DNA of 44,448 nucleotides from a virus (taxonomy: Duplodnaviria > Heunggongvirae > Uroviricota > Caudoviricetes): IMG/VR virus record IMGVR_UViG_2851949629_000004; one strand, given 5' to 3'. Position numbers and translations under genes: made by a program. Position 1 is the stretch's first letter. Each line of letters begins with the position of its first letter. The notes beneath the pieces were generated by a model. That model searched no databases. It had not been told where the DNA came from and worked only from the letters and a program-made list of their open reading frames with translations. Positions 11,531 through 21,455 of the stretch are shown here, piece after piece.

Positions 11531-14500
11531 TACCGATATGCTCCACTTAACCGACCACCATCACGGGCCTGCTGTTGCATAAAGTCCGCTGCCGCTTTTT
11601 TCCCAAGGTCATAAACCACCTTCAGGGCAGCCGGACCTATCTGCCCGTTCGTGCCATCGTTACTGATCTCGATGTTGTACTGCGGGGCAAACATCGCCAT
11701 ACCTGAACCACCAATATCCGCCACAACCCCCAGCTTACCGTCAGCACCACGACGCAGTGGCAGAATGGCTTCAGGTCCAGCTTCCCCCATCACACCCGCA
11801 CCTTTTGCAAAAGCAAAAAACGTCGGACGGTTAACCACCGTGCCACTGTAGCGACTCAAATCAGCCGACTGATAAACACCGCCATCAGCATTGGCTACAA
11901 AATCAAAAGGCAGCGCGGAAGCAATACCTTTTACCGCTTTCATTAAAGCTATCTGAGCCATGATTCTGGACATATCTGACAGCACAGAAGAGGTGAAGGA
12001 TTTGAAATTGAGTTTGCCTGTCGTACAGAATGTCGCCAGCCAGTCACTCATGCTACTGAACGCAGACGTGAACAACTGTTCCACTGTCCCGGCTGTGTTA
12101 TCCGCTTTCTCAGTGACATTCTGGAGTGCACGCAGGACTCCGTTTTTCCAGTCACCCTGAGCAATTTCAAGCTGTTGCCAGTAACGGCGATTCTCATTCA
12201 GTTGTCGGTTCAGGCTCTCCGTCAGCGCCTGCTCGGCCTTTCTGTAGTCATCCGTGTTATATGTTCCTTTCTGCTCACTATCCCGCCTCAACTGCTCCAG
12301 CTGTTGCTGGTATTTCTGGCGAAGACTCAGTTGTACCTGATATCGCTGCCGCTGCTGATCACCCATACCCACCGTGGCGATATCCAGGTCATGTTGCTGA
12401 CGCTGAGCGAGCTCTTCTTCAGCCAGTTGACTGGTCAGCTGAATTGTTTTTTTCTTCAGATCGTTGAGTGCCGTCTGTTTCTGAAGCTCCTGCTGTTTTA
12501 CATCCAGCAGCGTCAGTGCCTGAATCAGTTCATCTTTACGGGCCAGCACACTCTTTTCATCTGCCGTCAGTTTTTTCCCGTCCAGATCGCTGATGCGCTG
12601 CTGCAGAGCCAGAAGCTGTTTATGCGCTTCTGTCATCCTGTCAGTGGCAATGCCTGCTGACTGTCTTGCAGCAGCAATCTGTCCTTCCACCTGTGCCTGT
12701 TGCTGACTGTACTGCAGCAATAACCGGGTGGCCTCATCATTACGGGTTTCGCGTGTTTTTTTCTTACCGGATGCCAGGGCTTTCTCGTAACGTTCATTTT
12801 CACGTTGTATCGCCGCATCCCTGACAGCCTGATCGGCGTACTGCATGGCATTAATACGCGCAATTTCACGCTGATGTCGTGCTGCTTCCGTTTCATTCAT
12901 CCGGTTCAGTGCAGCATTTTCAGCATTACGGCGTTTCTGTTGCTCCTGATAATTCCGCTCTGCCTGCTCTTTTGCATCCTGCAAATCCTTCTGGCGTTTT
13001 TTCTCCTGAAGCTCGTTAAGACGCTGCTGATCGTACTCAACCTGAGAAGATGATGCCGTCCAGGGGAGTCTTTTCGCCCGCGACACTTTCTCCTGTAAAG
13101 CGGAAATCTGTTCATCCAGCGAGTCTTCACGACCAATATTCATGGCCGCATCCCAGAAACGACTCCATAAATCAGACAGATACTTCAGCGTACTGCCCAG
13201 CGCATTGAGGTTATTATCAATATCCGCAGTACGCCGACCGGTTTCCTCTGCCAGTGCAGACATGGCTATCCGTGCCGCATCACTGGACCGCCCCTGTTCC
13301 CCAAGGACGCGTATCTGCTCAAGCTGAGTGGCAGTAAGAAAATGCAGCTCATTGTCCAGAGCCTTCGCGGCATTTACAGGATCATCCTTCAGCCGCTTAA
13401 ACTGATTTATGGTATCGCTGACCGACTGGCCAACCGATCGCTCCATCTGTGCGGCAGCTCTCGCCACCATACCGATATCGTTTCCACGAAATGCACCACT
13501 CCCCACCACCTGAGCCAGCGCACCGGCTGCAGCATGTTGCGTGATACCATTCCCGGAAATAGCACGACTGAGCGTCCACAGCTGCCCGGCAGTGACTCCG
13601 GCATAATGCCCCGTCAGCGACAGCTGGCGGTTAAATTCTTCCCCCTCCTTCTGACCGTCATACCAGGCTTTACCCAGACCATAGACAGCCGCGGCAATAC
13701 CGCCAATAACCCCGCCAAGCATCATGCCTTTCGGTGACATCAATGTGTCTATCCATCCGGCACGGTTAGCCAGCGTTATTCCGGATCCCCTCAGCGCACC
13801 TAAATTGCCGCGGGCCAGTTCACCTATCAGAACGCCTATCTCCTGACGGGCCGCTGCACTTTTCAGACCCAGCGAATGCGTTGCTTTTCCTGCCTGCTCC
13901 ATTTTGCGGATATACAATTCTGCAGCACTGCTTACCCCCAGCTGGGCAGCCTTAGCACGAAGCAACTCAGAAGAAGAAAGATTCTGGCGGGTTGCCTGCT
14001 CTTTAAGCTGACGGATAAACGCCACTTTCTGTCGGGTAGCCTCTTCCTCAGCCTGTGTAAGAACACGGGTTTTCGCAGTAACCTCAGAAATCAGTGCCAG
14101 ATAATCCTGCTGACCAATCCCACCACTGTTTCTGGCCTGTCGGATCTGCTGCTGAATACGCTGTAATTCCTGCAGCCCCGCACTGGCCTGTTTCACACTG
14201 TCAATCTGACGATAAAACGCAGCAGCTGCTTTATCCTGAGCCTCCGCCAGAGCCATGGCCTGCGCCTGTTCCTCGCGCATTTTCTGGCTCAGCGCCTCCA
14301 TGCGCTGGCGGGTTTTCTCCACCTCGCGGGCCATGCGTTCATGAGCCTGTGCGTTCTTCTCCACCGTCTGCGCATGGACGGATGCGGCTGTTGCAGCCGA
14401 AGAAGCCGCCTGCGTTGTCTGCCGGGCGGCCTGAGTCTGACGCTCCATAAAACGCTGCATACGGGCAGAAGACCGTTCTGCATCGCTGGCTGCACCATTC

Positions 14501-14586
14501 AGAAGGTTTTTGATACGGGGGATTTCATTTTTAAACTCTGCCGCATCAATCCCCAAATCAATGACCAGGTTGGCTATCTGGTCCAT
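11530..14586 (-). CDS. H: tail tape measure protein (about 1018 aa)
   Basis: Long coiled-coil-rich ORF with Gly-rich C-terminal region; track start 14616 is TTG; ATG at 14586 has GGAGGTG SD; sits between T and M. Confidence 0.85.
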   Translation of the reverse strand: MDQIANLVIDLGIDAAEFKNEIPRIKNLLNGAASDAERSSARMQRFMERQTQAARQTTQAASSAATAASVHAQTVEKNAQAHERMAREVEKTRQRMEALSQKMREEQAQAMALAEAQDKAAAAFYRQIDSVKQASAGLQELQRIQQQIRQARNSGGIGQQDYLALISEVTAKTRVLTQAEEEATRQKVAFIRQLKEQATRQNLSSSELLRAKAAQLGVSSAAELYIRKMEQAGKATHSLGLKSAAARQEIGVLIGELARGNLGALRGSGITLANRAGWIDTLMSPKGMMLGGVIGGIAAAVYGLGKAWYDGQKEGEEFNRQLSLTGHYAGVTAGQLWTLSRAISGNGITQHAAAGALAQVVGSGAFRGNDIGMVARAAAQMERSVGQSVSDTINQFKRLKDDPVNAAKALDNELHFLTATQLEQIRVLGEQGRSSDAARIAMSALAEETGRRTADIDNNLNALGSTLKYLSDLWSRFWDAAMNIGREDSLDEQISALQEKVSRAKRLPWTASSSQVEYDQQRLNELQEKKRQKDLQDAKEQAERNYQEQQKRRNAENAALNRMNETEAARHQREIARINAMQYADQAVRDAAIQRENERYEKALASGKKKTRETRNDEATRLLLQYSQQQAQVEGQIAAARQSAGIATDRMTEAHKQLLALQQRISDLDGKKLTADEKSVLARKDELIQALTLLDVKQQELQKQTALNDLKKKTIQLTSQLAEEELAQRQQHDLDIATVGMGDQQRQRYQVQLSLRQKYQQQLEQLRRDSEQKGTYNTDDYRKAEQALTESLNRQLNENRRYWQQLEIAQGDWKNGVLRALQNVTEKADNTAGTVEQLFTSAFSSMSDWLATFCTTGKLNFKSFTSSVLSDMSRIMAQIALMKAVKGIASALPFDFVANADGGVYQSADLSRYSGTVVNRPTFFAFAKGAGVMGEAGPEAILPLRRGADGKLGVVADIGGSGMAMFAPQYNIEISNDGTNGQIGPAALKVVYDLGKKAAADFMQQQARDGGRLSGAYR

Positions 14587-14887
14587 AACGCACACCTCCG
14601 GAAATACCTTCCCCAAGATGCATCAGTTCTTCGTCCGTTCGCTCCGGTATCCCGTTCTCTTCCGGTAAAAGGCTGAAATCAGCCACCGCAGCATCACTAC
14701 TGCCGGACACCATTCTCACGATCAATGCCTTCAGCGAGGCAAACTGCGCATCCATCCACACATCACTGAAGCTCTGCATCCGGAAATAATCGCCCCACTC
14801 ACCAAGCTCAGTGGCCGACATTTCCGACAGCATCCGCCGCCAGTCTGCCCGCCGGAACTCCCGGGCAAGCCGCATGACAAACTGCAT
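14558..14887 (-). CDS. T: tail assembly chaperone T-frame segment, probably expressed as G-T fusion
   Basis: 109-codon ORF in the -1 frame relative to G, open through the 3' end of G; no independent SD; arrangement matches lambda G/GT. Confidence 0.6.
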   Translation of the reverse strand: MQFVMRLAREFRRADWRRMLSEMSATELGEWGDYFRMQSFSDVWMDAQFASLKALIVRMVSGSSDAAVADFSLLPEENGIPERTDEELMHLGEGISGGVRYGPDSQPGH

Positions 14888-14895
14888 TTCCCGCG

Positions 14896-15285
14896 TCAGG
14901 ACTTTTCCGGCGTCAGCGCCTCATGCTCATCATCCCCGGCATTATCAATGGTCCCCATACCGCTCAGCGACAGAACCATCTCCGCCCCCGCACCCAGGGC
15001 ATCATACGACCATGTTGTAATAACGGATGCGCAAAGCGTCTCTACATCCTTAGACTGATCCGCATTCCACAGTGAGCGGGAAACCAGCCAGGCATTGATA
15101 TCCATCCCCATCCGCAGAAAAGCAATCTGTCGTTCAGCCTCCGGCAGTTCTCCCTCTTCGGCATCAAACTTTGCCGTTCGCTGCTGAACAAACGCCAGAT
15201 ATTCAATTCTCTGCAGCCCGGACAGCTCACTGAGCACCACGGACTGCTTTTCATAATTAAACGTGCCCTGTTTCAGAAACATCAT
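14896..15285 (-). CDS. G: tail assembly chaperone G
   Basis: ATG at 15285/15282 (MMFLKQGTF, compare lambda G MFLK...) with GGTGGAG SD; track start 15324 is TTG; ends LTPEKS. Confidence 0.8.
   Translation of the reverse strand: MMFLKQGTFNYEKQSVVLSELSGLQRIEYLAFVQQRTAKFDAEEGELPEAERQIAFLRMGMDINAWLVSRSLWNADQSKDVETLCASVITTWSYDALGAGAEMVLSLSGMGTIDNAGDDEHEALTPEKS
14899..14910 (-). promoter_or_regulatory. candidate -1 programmed frameshift site for G-T fusion
   Basis: Minus-strand CCG GAA AAG UCC UGA at the end of G; a -1 slip on GGAAAAG enters the T frame (GCC GGA AAA GUC ...); same position as the lambda GGGAAAG site but heptamer is non-canonical. Confidence 0.45.
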
Positions 15286-15342
15286 GTTCTCCACCTGCAA
15301 AAAAGCCCCGGATAATCGGGGCAAATGATGAGTATCGTCCTG

Positions 15343-16086
15343 TTAACCTGCGGCGCTGACAGCCACCGTAGCCACTGCCACAAAATCGCCGTCAGAAGTC
15401 ATGCCCACAATGCTGACACTGCCCTGCTTCACGCCTTTCACCGTGGCCACAAGCCCGTTCAGGGTCACCGTGGCAGTCTGTGGATCTGTCGAATGCACAC
15501 TGATCGCTTTGTCACTGGCTCCGTCAGGTTTTACTGTAAAGGTCAGCGTGGTGGTTGCTCCCACTTTTACACTGGCAGATGCCGGTGCCACCGTCAGCCC
15601 GGTAACGCCCACGGTTTCAGTGCCTTCTTCTGCCAGATACGGACGCCCCACACCGCTGATTTTCACTGTGCGGGTCATCACGTCTTTTGAGGCAATGGTT
15701 TTACCCAGTGAACTCAGCCAGCCACGGAAAACATCAACAGTACCGTTGGGATATTTGATACGAAACGCGCAGACTTCACCGGAGTCGAACAACTGAACCA
15801 GTTTTTTCTGCCCGCTGTCACCCGGACGCCAGGCCAGCGTCGCCGAAGTATCACCGACGGATTTCTGCCCCTGGGTTGTCGTTTTCCAGTCTGCATCTTC
15901 ATCATCGAGATAAGTGTCATCTTCTGCATCAGCGGTCATTTCGCCAGGCTGCAGATCCTTCACCATCGCAAGACGCAGCCAGTCAGTGTCCGATAAAGGG
16001 TTCGCAAACGCATCGCCCTTGCCGGTGTACATCCAGAACGTCGTTCCCGCACCTTTCGTTTTTGCCAGTGGATTTGGTGTGGTCAT
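15343..16086 (-). CDS. V: major tail protein V (with C-terminal Ig-like domain)
   Basis: ATG 16086 (MTTPNPLAKTKGAGTTFWMY) with strong AAGGAGGTG SD; 247 aa versus lambda V 246 aa; motif YLDDEDADW. Confidence 0.9.
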   Translation of the reverse strand: MTTPNPLAKTKGAGTTFWMYTGKGDAFANPLSDTDWLRLAMVKDLQPGEMTADAEDDTYLDDEDADWKTTTQGQKSVGDTSATLAWRPGDSGQKKLVQLFDSGEVCAFRIKYPNGTVDVFRGWLSSLGKTIASKDVMTRTVKISGVGRPYLAEEGTETVGVTGLTVAPASASVKVGATTTLTFTVKPDGASDKAISVHSTDPQTATVTLNGLVATVKGVKQGSVSIVGMTSDGDFVAVATVAVSAAG

Positions 16087-16096
16087 TGCCACCTCC

Positions 16097-16498
16097 TTAA
16101 TTCGTGTACGTGATCTGGTACGTGATTTCCGCCATCGCCCAGGTGGCCATCTCATTATCACGTTGATAGTTAAAACCGAGTGGGATCAGGGTGTCGATGA
16201 GTCCGGAAAGTGCCGGTACATCATTCAGGGCCGGGAAAATGGTGCTCTCCATCCACATATCCAGCTCTGAATCCGGTGCCTGTGCCCGGATGAAGACAGC
16301 AATATGCAGAACAGCCTGCCAGTCATCTTCATCCGTCATTTTTCCGGTGTACTGAGCATCACTCAGCCACACCGCCACGGCAGGCAGTTCCTGCGCATCA
16401 ACAAATGCCGGAAGCCCGTCAAAAAACGTGGCGCTGTCTCCACACTGTTCCCGAAGGCGTGCCAGTACGACCTGGCGGATTTGTGTATGTCGGTTCAT
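16097..16498 (-). CDS. U: tail terminator protein U
   Basis: ATG at 16498 overlaps Z stop (ATGA); MNRHTQIR... and ATFFDG...PAVAVWL motifs as in lambda U. Confidence 0.85.
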   Translation of the reverse strand: MNRHTQIRQVVLARLREQCGDSATFFDGLPAFVDAQELPAVAVWLSDAQYTGKMTDEDDWQAVLHIAVFIRAQAPDSELDMWMESTIFPALNDVPALSGLIDTLIPLGFNYQRDNEMATWAMAEITYQITYTN

Positions 16499-17073
16499 CG
16501 GGTCAGCCATAACCTCAGTTGTTGTTTCAGTGCATACCCCAGCTGTTTCGGCATTTCCGCAGCAATAATGCGGTCGCGGGCATCTTCAAATGCCTGTGTC
16601 AGCGGTCCGGACAGCGGGACTTTCACCACATCAATGGGGTAACGATTTTTGCCATCAATACGCCGCATCACATGCCAGCGACCATTCGCCAGTTGCTGAA
16701 TAAACGCATCCCGGAAAAGATATTTACCCACCTTCAGCACACTGCCACGGTACTGCAGTTTTCCATCACGCCGGGCCAGTCTGCCCCGGGCTGTCCCCAG
16801 CTTAATGGCGGGCAGATTGCCCCGGTTAACGCGGATCCTGGCCGTCATTTTTCCTGACGGACTGGCTTTAAACACCCGAACACGCTGACGTACCAGTTTC
16901 AGGGGGATCCCTTTCACCTGGTTATCTCCCGCAACGGTATTCCCGGCAACCTGCCGGGTGGCAACCGAGACCGCTTTCTGTGCCACACGGTTTATCGCCC
17001 ATGCGCTGGCCTGTGGCACCATACGGGTATCAAGGCTGTTCAGATTACGGATGGCATTCTCAAGCCCCTTCAT
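16495..17073 (-). CDS. Z: tail completion protein Z
   Basis: 192-aa ORF (lambda Z is 192 aa) following FII-like gene. Confidence 0.85.
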   Translation of the reverse strand: MKGLENAIRNLNSLDTRMVPQASAWAINRVAQKAVSVATRQVAGNTVAGDNQVKGIPLKLVRQRVRVFKASPSGKMTARIRVNRGNLPAIKLGTARGRLARRDGKLQYRGSVLKVGKYLFRDAFIQQLANGRWHVMRRIDGKNRYPIDVVKVPLSGPLTQAFEDARDRIIAAEMPKQLGYALKQQLRLWLTR

Positions 17074-17084
17074 CCCACACCTCT

Positions 17085-17360
17085 TTACTCAATAAAGATC
17101 ATTGGCTTACCGTTAAAACGTTCATGCCGTGTGACCGTCCATTGTTGTCCGTCATAAACAACGCGATCCCCGCGCCGTGGGCGGTATCCCGAAGAAAACA
17201 CCACCAGAGAGACCGCAGGTCCGGACAGAGCATTCAGCTCTGCCAGTGTTTCTCCCGGGATCACAGTCATATCGACATCATTAATCGAGGCTGTCTTTCC
17301 CATCTTTCTAACCGTGATAGCATCCATACGCGCTGCCAGCCGGGAAAAGGGATCAGACAT
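17085..17360 (-). CDS. head-tail joining protein (FII-like)
   Basis: 91-aa ORF between capsid-associated gene and Z; ATG overlaps upstream stop; assignment by position and size only. Confidence 0.65.
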   Translation of the reverse strand: MSDPFSRLAARMDAITVRKMGKTASINDVDMTVIPGETLAELNALSGPAVSLVVFSSGYRPRRGDRVVYDGQQWTVTRHERFNGKPMIFIE

Positions 17361-17676
17361 TGAGTTTTACCGGCACTTCTTCTGCACTGGTTCCGGCATC
17401 TGCCCAGACAACCCCGACCAGCGGATCAGAGCCGCTGTTAGTCAGCTGAACTTTTCCGGACTTCAGATAAACCTTCTTACCCGTTTTCATGTCATCCGTT
17501 TTCAGCTTAGGCAGCATAAACACACCTTCGGTCATGCCGTCGCCTGTTTCACCCTGTGGAATATCGGTCAGCGCCACCGCAAAAACATCGCCCACCTGCA
17601 CCAGATCTCCGCTGCTGATGGCTGCACTGGCAACAATCGCCACCGTTTTTCCTTCTTCTACAAAATTCTTTGCCAT
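17353..17676 (-). CDS. small capsid-associated protein (DUF2190-like, putative head decoration/cement)
   Basis: ATG at 17676 (MAKNFVEEGKTVAIVASAAISSGDLVQVGD...) with GGAG SD; pattern recalled from DUF2190 proteins encoded next to HK97-type capsid genes; not verified. Confidence 0.55.
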   Translation of the reverse strand: MAKNFVEEGKTVAIVASAAISSGDLVQVGDVFAVALTDIPQGETGDGMTEGVFMLPKLKTDDMKTGKKVYLKSGKVQLTNSGSDPLVGVVWADAGTSAEEVPVKLNV

Positions 17677-17762
17677 AACTGTCTCCGCACAGCCCCGTTC
17701 AGGGGCTGATTTCAGGTACAAAAAAAGCCCTTACGGGCCATCAGAGTTGTTGTCTGCGACGT

Positions 17763-19721
17763 TTACGCCGTACATTTCACCAGACCGCGGTGATCAACTG
17801 GCGCGACACCGGCGTCAATACGCACTTTCGTTGTCACGCCATCCACACTGAAGCCCTCCATCTGATCAATATATGGCGTATCCACACCGTTGAGATAAGC
17901 CACTTCAATCGTATCGGAGCCTTTTGACGCAGCCAGGTAGAAGGTGGTCTGGCTGTTATCATCAAGACGAGGCTCTGCAATAACGGTCGCAAAATCTTTC
18001 ACCGGGTTAATAATACCGGCGTTAATGTCAGCCCCCTTGACACTTGAGGAGCGAATGACCTGGTTAGCAACAGACTCCATCGCCGTCGGTACCAGTACGA
18101 ACGCAGGACGAATATTCAGATGACGCTCCCCCTCTTTCTGAACGCGCATCAACTGGCGGGCTTTATCCAGCGATGCCACGTCCATTGCAGCGCTCTCCAG
18201 TACGTTTGCATGTTTCGCTTTATCGAACAGACTTACATTATCTGTGGAGATTTTCGGGTTAGACGTCAGAATGGCATAAACCAGATCGGCAATAGTGGAT
18301 TTCGCCGCACGGCCCAGTTTCATCGGGACATCGGTCAGCATATTCAGATCATCATTGATAATGGCCTGACGGGTGATACTGAACAGCTCGCCATAGGTCG
18401 CCAGTGCAATAGTGGCCTGTTTATCTCCGGTGGTGACGTATTTATATTCCGCCCCTTCACGCACCTGACGCAGAGCACTGAAGCCCCCCATACCCACACG
18501 ATGGGCAATTTTAAAATCAGACAACTGACCTTTCCGCGTCCACTGTTCATAGGTTTCAGGGGCATCTTCCCAGCCCTGCAGAATGGCTTTGTTCGCAACA
18601 TCCAGCAGAATATTACCGAAGTCAGACGTACTGTGTGTGAACGCCGCACCGACCATCTGCATCGGGTTATAACTGGAAACCCCAATACCCCGTTCAGTCA
18701 GTGACATACGGGCATATTCACGCAGGGTCATCCCGTTGTAGACATTATCACGTTCGGTTTTTTCAAATCCGGCACGCGCCATCAGCGCCTGGCGGATCCC
18801 GTCCCCCACAAAATTACCGTTACCGGCATAAATATGAGCCGGGGTATTTTTATTGGATGGCGTGGACTCGCGCCCCATCTCGTTCAACAGCTTTTCGCGG
18901 GCCTGCTCCAGCGAACATTCAGGATCGGCAAGACACTGAGCCTGCAGCGTCTGATAACGCCCGCCAAACATGGCAAACAGATCATTAATACCGTTTACAC
19001 GCGCTTTTTGCTCTGCCAGTACCTGCGCACGGATACTGTTTTCATCCACCACGGGTGCTGCTGCCTGCACTGGCGTCCGGGAAGCTGCAGGTTCATTATC
19101 CTGTACGCGTGGAGCACTGTTGCGTGGCGGAGTAATCATGTTTCGAATGGATTCCGGCATCTTTTTAAATTCCTCTGTACGTTTTGACTGAATACATGCC
19201 ATTGCCTTAACGGCTGGCGTCACCTGATCAGCAAATCCATGTGCCAGACATTCGGCACCGGACATCCAGGTCTCATCCGCCAGCATGGCAGCAATTTCAT
19301 CGGTGGTTTTCCCGGTTTTCTGTGCATAAGCGGGTAACAGAACCGCCTCAACTTTATCGAGCAGGTCGGCATAGGTGCGCATGTCCTCCGCATCACCGCC
19401 CGTAAAGCCAAATGGTTTATGAATCATCATGAAGGTGTTTTCCGGCATAATGACCGGGTTTCCCACCATCGCAATGACCGACGCCATTGATGCCGCCACA
19501 CCGTCGACATAAACGGTAATGGACGCACCATGTGTTTTCAGCGCATTAAAAATGGCGATGCCTTCAAAGACATCGCCACCCGGTGAATTGATATGGAGAT
19601 TAATGTGGGTGATATCGCCCAGTGCATTCAGATCACTGATAAACTGCTTCGCTGTAACACCCCAGAAACCAATCTCGTCATAAATATAAATATCCGCGTC
19701 ACTCTGGTGACCAGCCTGCAT
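17763..19721 (-). CDS. prohead protease (ClpP/S14-like) fused to major capsid protein
   Basis: About 652-aa ORF from ATG 19721 (MQAGHQSDADIYIYDEIGFWGV): N-terminal ClpP-like region, central linker, C-terminal HK97-fold-like capsid region; 14 nt after portal stop. Confidence 0.8.
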   Translation of the reverse strand: MQAGHQSDADIYIYDEIGFWGVTAKQFISDLNALGDITHINLHINSPGGDVFEGIAIFNALKTHGASITVYVDGVAASMASVIAMVGNPVIMPENTFMMIHKPFGFTGGDAEDMRTYADLLDKVEAVLLPAYAQKTGKTTDEIAAMLADETWMSGAECLAHGFADQVTPAVKAMACIQSKRTEEFKKMPESIRNMITPPRNSAPRVQDNEPAASRTPVQAAAPVVDENSIRAQVLAEQKARVNGINDLFAMFGGRYQTLQAQCLADPECSLEQAREKLLNEMGRESTPSNKNTPAHIYAGNGNFVGDGIRQALMARAGFEKTERDNVYNGMTLREYARMSLTERGIGVSSYNPMQMVGAAFTHSTSDFGNILLDVANKAILQGWEDAPETYEQWTRKGQLSDFKIAHRVGMGGFSALRQVREGAEYKYVTTGDKQATIALATYGELFSITRQAIINDDLNMLTDVPMKLGRAAKSTIADLVYAILTSNPKISTDNVSLFDKAKHANVLESAAMDVASLDKARQLMRVQKEGERHLNIRPAFVLVPTAMESVANQVIRSSSVKGADINAGIINPVKDFATVIAEPRLDDNSQTTFYLAASKGSDTIEVAYLNGVDTPYIDQMEGFSVDGVTTKVRIDAGVAPVDHRGLVKCTA

Positions 19722-19734
19722 CCTGAACCAGGAA

Positions 19735-21243
19735 TTATTCTTCGGACTGGTCGTCGGTGTACTGCGGCTCCTGTCGTTTCGTTGCGGCACTGCTGCCTCC
19801 TTTATCACTGGCCGGATCGGTATCAAATACCAGGTCCAGCTTGCGGTTTTCATCAATTTCGGCCTTGCGCCGACGTTTGACATCATCCGGATTACGACCA
19901 CCTGCACGTACCCAGTCTGATTCTGTCGCCGCTCCACCACGAATCTGAATTTTCCAGGCCTCAGCCTCCTTAACAGGGTCAATCCACGGCATCACCGGTC
20001 CGGAGTACACCGCGGTATACAGTGAAGAACGGTCAAGATCGCGGGGTAGCCTGATAACACCGGATGCCACAGCCTGTTTCAGCCAGGCACGATACATCGG
20101 GCGGGTGACAGCACCAATAAACCAGTCCTGCAGGATCAGGTAGCCATCAGTGGATTCAACCAGCTCCTGACGCTGGGCGCTGTAAGTGCCGTTATAGTTG
20201 CGCGCTGTACTGGAAAAACTCAGACGACTGCCCGCAGCCACGGCACGCAACTGACCATTACGAAAAGTTTCAAGGTTAGGATTGGGGCGATCCGACTTCA
20301 CCATTCCGATTTCTTCGCCGGGTTTCAGATCGTCGTAAATAATGCCTGGCTGAATGGTAAGCTCGCGTTCCTTATCCTTGCTGCCATTACCATCCGGTTC
20401 ATAGCTCTGTCCGTCGCCTTTGCGGATGTACATCCCCAGAGCAGCGGCGATCCTTGCTGCAGTCAGCTCAGAATCTTCATACTCTTTCAGGGCGCTGAGG
20501 CGGATCAGCACACCGGACAATAAAGACGTCCCGCGCATCTGGTGCAGACGGCGAACAAATTTAAGATGCAGCATTCGCTCTGCATCCACTTCTTTGGTTT
20601 CCATCTGCCGTCCGGATACAGGACGACTTTTATACACCAGATATTTTTCGGGACGCCCCCAGTCATCAACAAACACGCCCTGATTCAGCCTGTTGCTCTC
20701 ATCACTGGTCATGGGAATAAAGTCTGGCTCGAGCGCCTCCAGCCAGAAATGAACACCGGCAGAAGGCGTCAGGCTGTTTATGCGCCCGGAAACCATCTGG
20801 GCAAACACCTCACCATCGCGCAGCCAGGTACGCAGCATCAGACGTTCCAGCATCGGACGGGTAAACTGCCCGGTGACCTCCGGACTGACAGACCATTCAC
20901 TCCATCGGGTGCGTATCTCCGCTGCCAGATCACGGGCAATGGCCCCATTGCGTAATACCGGATGTGGCTCGACAATAATCCCGTTTTTCCCCACCACCCG
21001 TTCTTCCAGCTTGTCAAATACACCAATAACCAGATCGTGGTTGTTATCAAGGTAACGGGCCTGCTCACGTAACGACACGGCCCCGTACTGGCTTAACTGG
21101 TCGGCAGTTCGGTTTTCCCGCCGGGCTTTGTGTGTCCGTGTCGTTTTTACGGCCTCATAAGCCTGGATCACCGCACGGGAACGCAGCCTTGCCGCTTTCC
21201 ATCCTGGTGAAAAAACGCCAATCACATCATCAAGAATTGCCAT
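19735..21243 (-). CDS. portal protein
   Basis: ATG at 21243 overlaps W stop (TGATG); about 502 aa between W and protease-capsid gene; lambda B-like position. Confidence 0.9.
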   Translation of the reverse strand: MAILDDVIGVFSPGWKAARLRSRAVIQAYEAVKTTRTHKARRENRTADQLSQYGAVSLREQARYLDNNHDLVIGVFDKLEERVVGKNGIIVEPHPVLRNGAIARDLAAEIRTRWSEWSVSPEVTGQFTRPMLERLMLRTWLRDGEVFAQMVSGRINSLTPSAGVHFWLEALEPDFIPMTSDESNRLNQGVFVDDWGRPEKYLVYKSRPVSGRQMETKEVDAERMLHLKFVRRLHQMRGTSLLSGVLIRLSALKEYEDSELTAARIAAALGMYIRKGDGQSYEPDGNGSKDKERELTIQPGIIYDDLKPGEEIGMVKSDRPNPNLETFRNGQLRAVAAGSRLSFSSTARNYNGTYSAQRQELVESTDGYLILQDWFIGAVTRPMYRAWLKQAVASGVIRLPRDLDRSSLYTAVYSGPVMPWIDPVKEAEAWKIQIRGGAATESDWVRAGGRNPDDVKRRRKAEIDENRKLDLVFDTDPASDKGGSSAATKRQEPQYTDDQSEE

Positions 21244-21455
21244 CAGAACCTCGCCAGCCGGTACCCAGGATGCCCCCGTCGTCGTGTAATCAGAGCCGCA
21301 AGGCGGCGCTCCCACTCCTGCCGTCCCTGCCGGATCTCAGATAAGTTTTCCATGGTCATCTGCTGACCATTAAAGGTGACGGATTTTCCGTCCAGCACCG
21401 CCATTTCAGCTTCCGTATAACGCTGAATCATGGCTTCGATATCATTCTGGTTCAT
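21243..21455 (-). CDS. W: head-tail connector / DNA stabilisation protein (gpW-like)
   Basis: About 70-aa ORF; ATG at 21455 overlaps terminase stop (ATGA); lambda W is 68 aa in the same position. Confidence 0.7.
   Translation of the reverse strand: MNQNDIEAMIQRYTEAEMAVLDGKSVTFNGQQMTMENLSEIRQGRQEWERRLAALITRRRGHPGYRLARF

Noticed and set aside
12175..12660. 161-aa plus-strand ORF antisense to the tape measure gene
   Set aside because: Lies within the tape measure coding region and its Leu/Gln-rich translation mirrors the coiled-coil codon periodicity of the sense strand
18120..18704. 194-aa plus-strand ORF antisense to the protease-capsid gene
   Set aside because: Fully embedded in a strongly supported structural gene; no SD; no recognisable features
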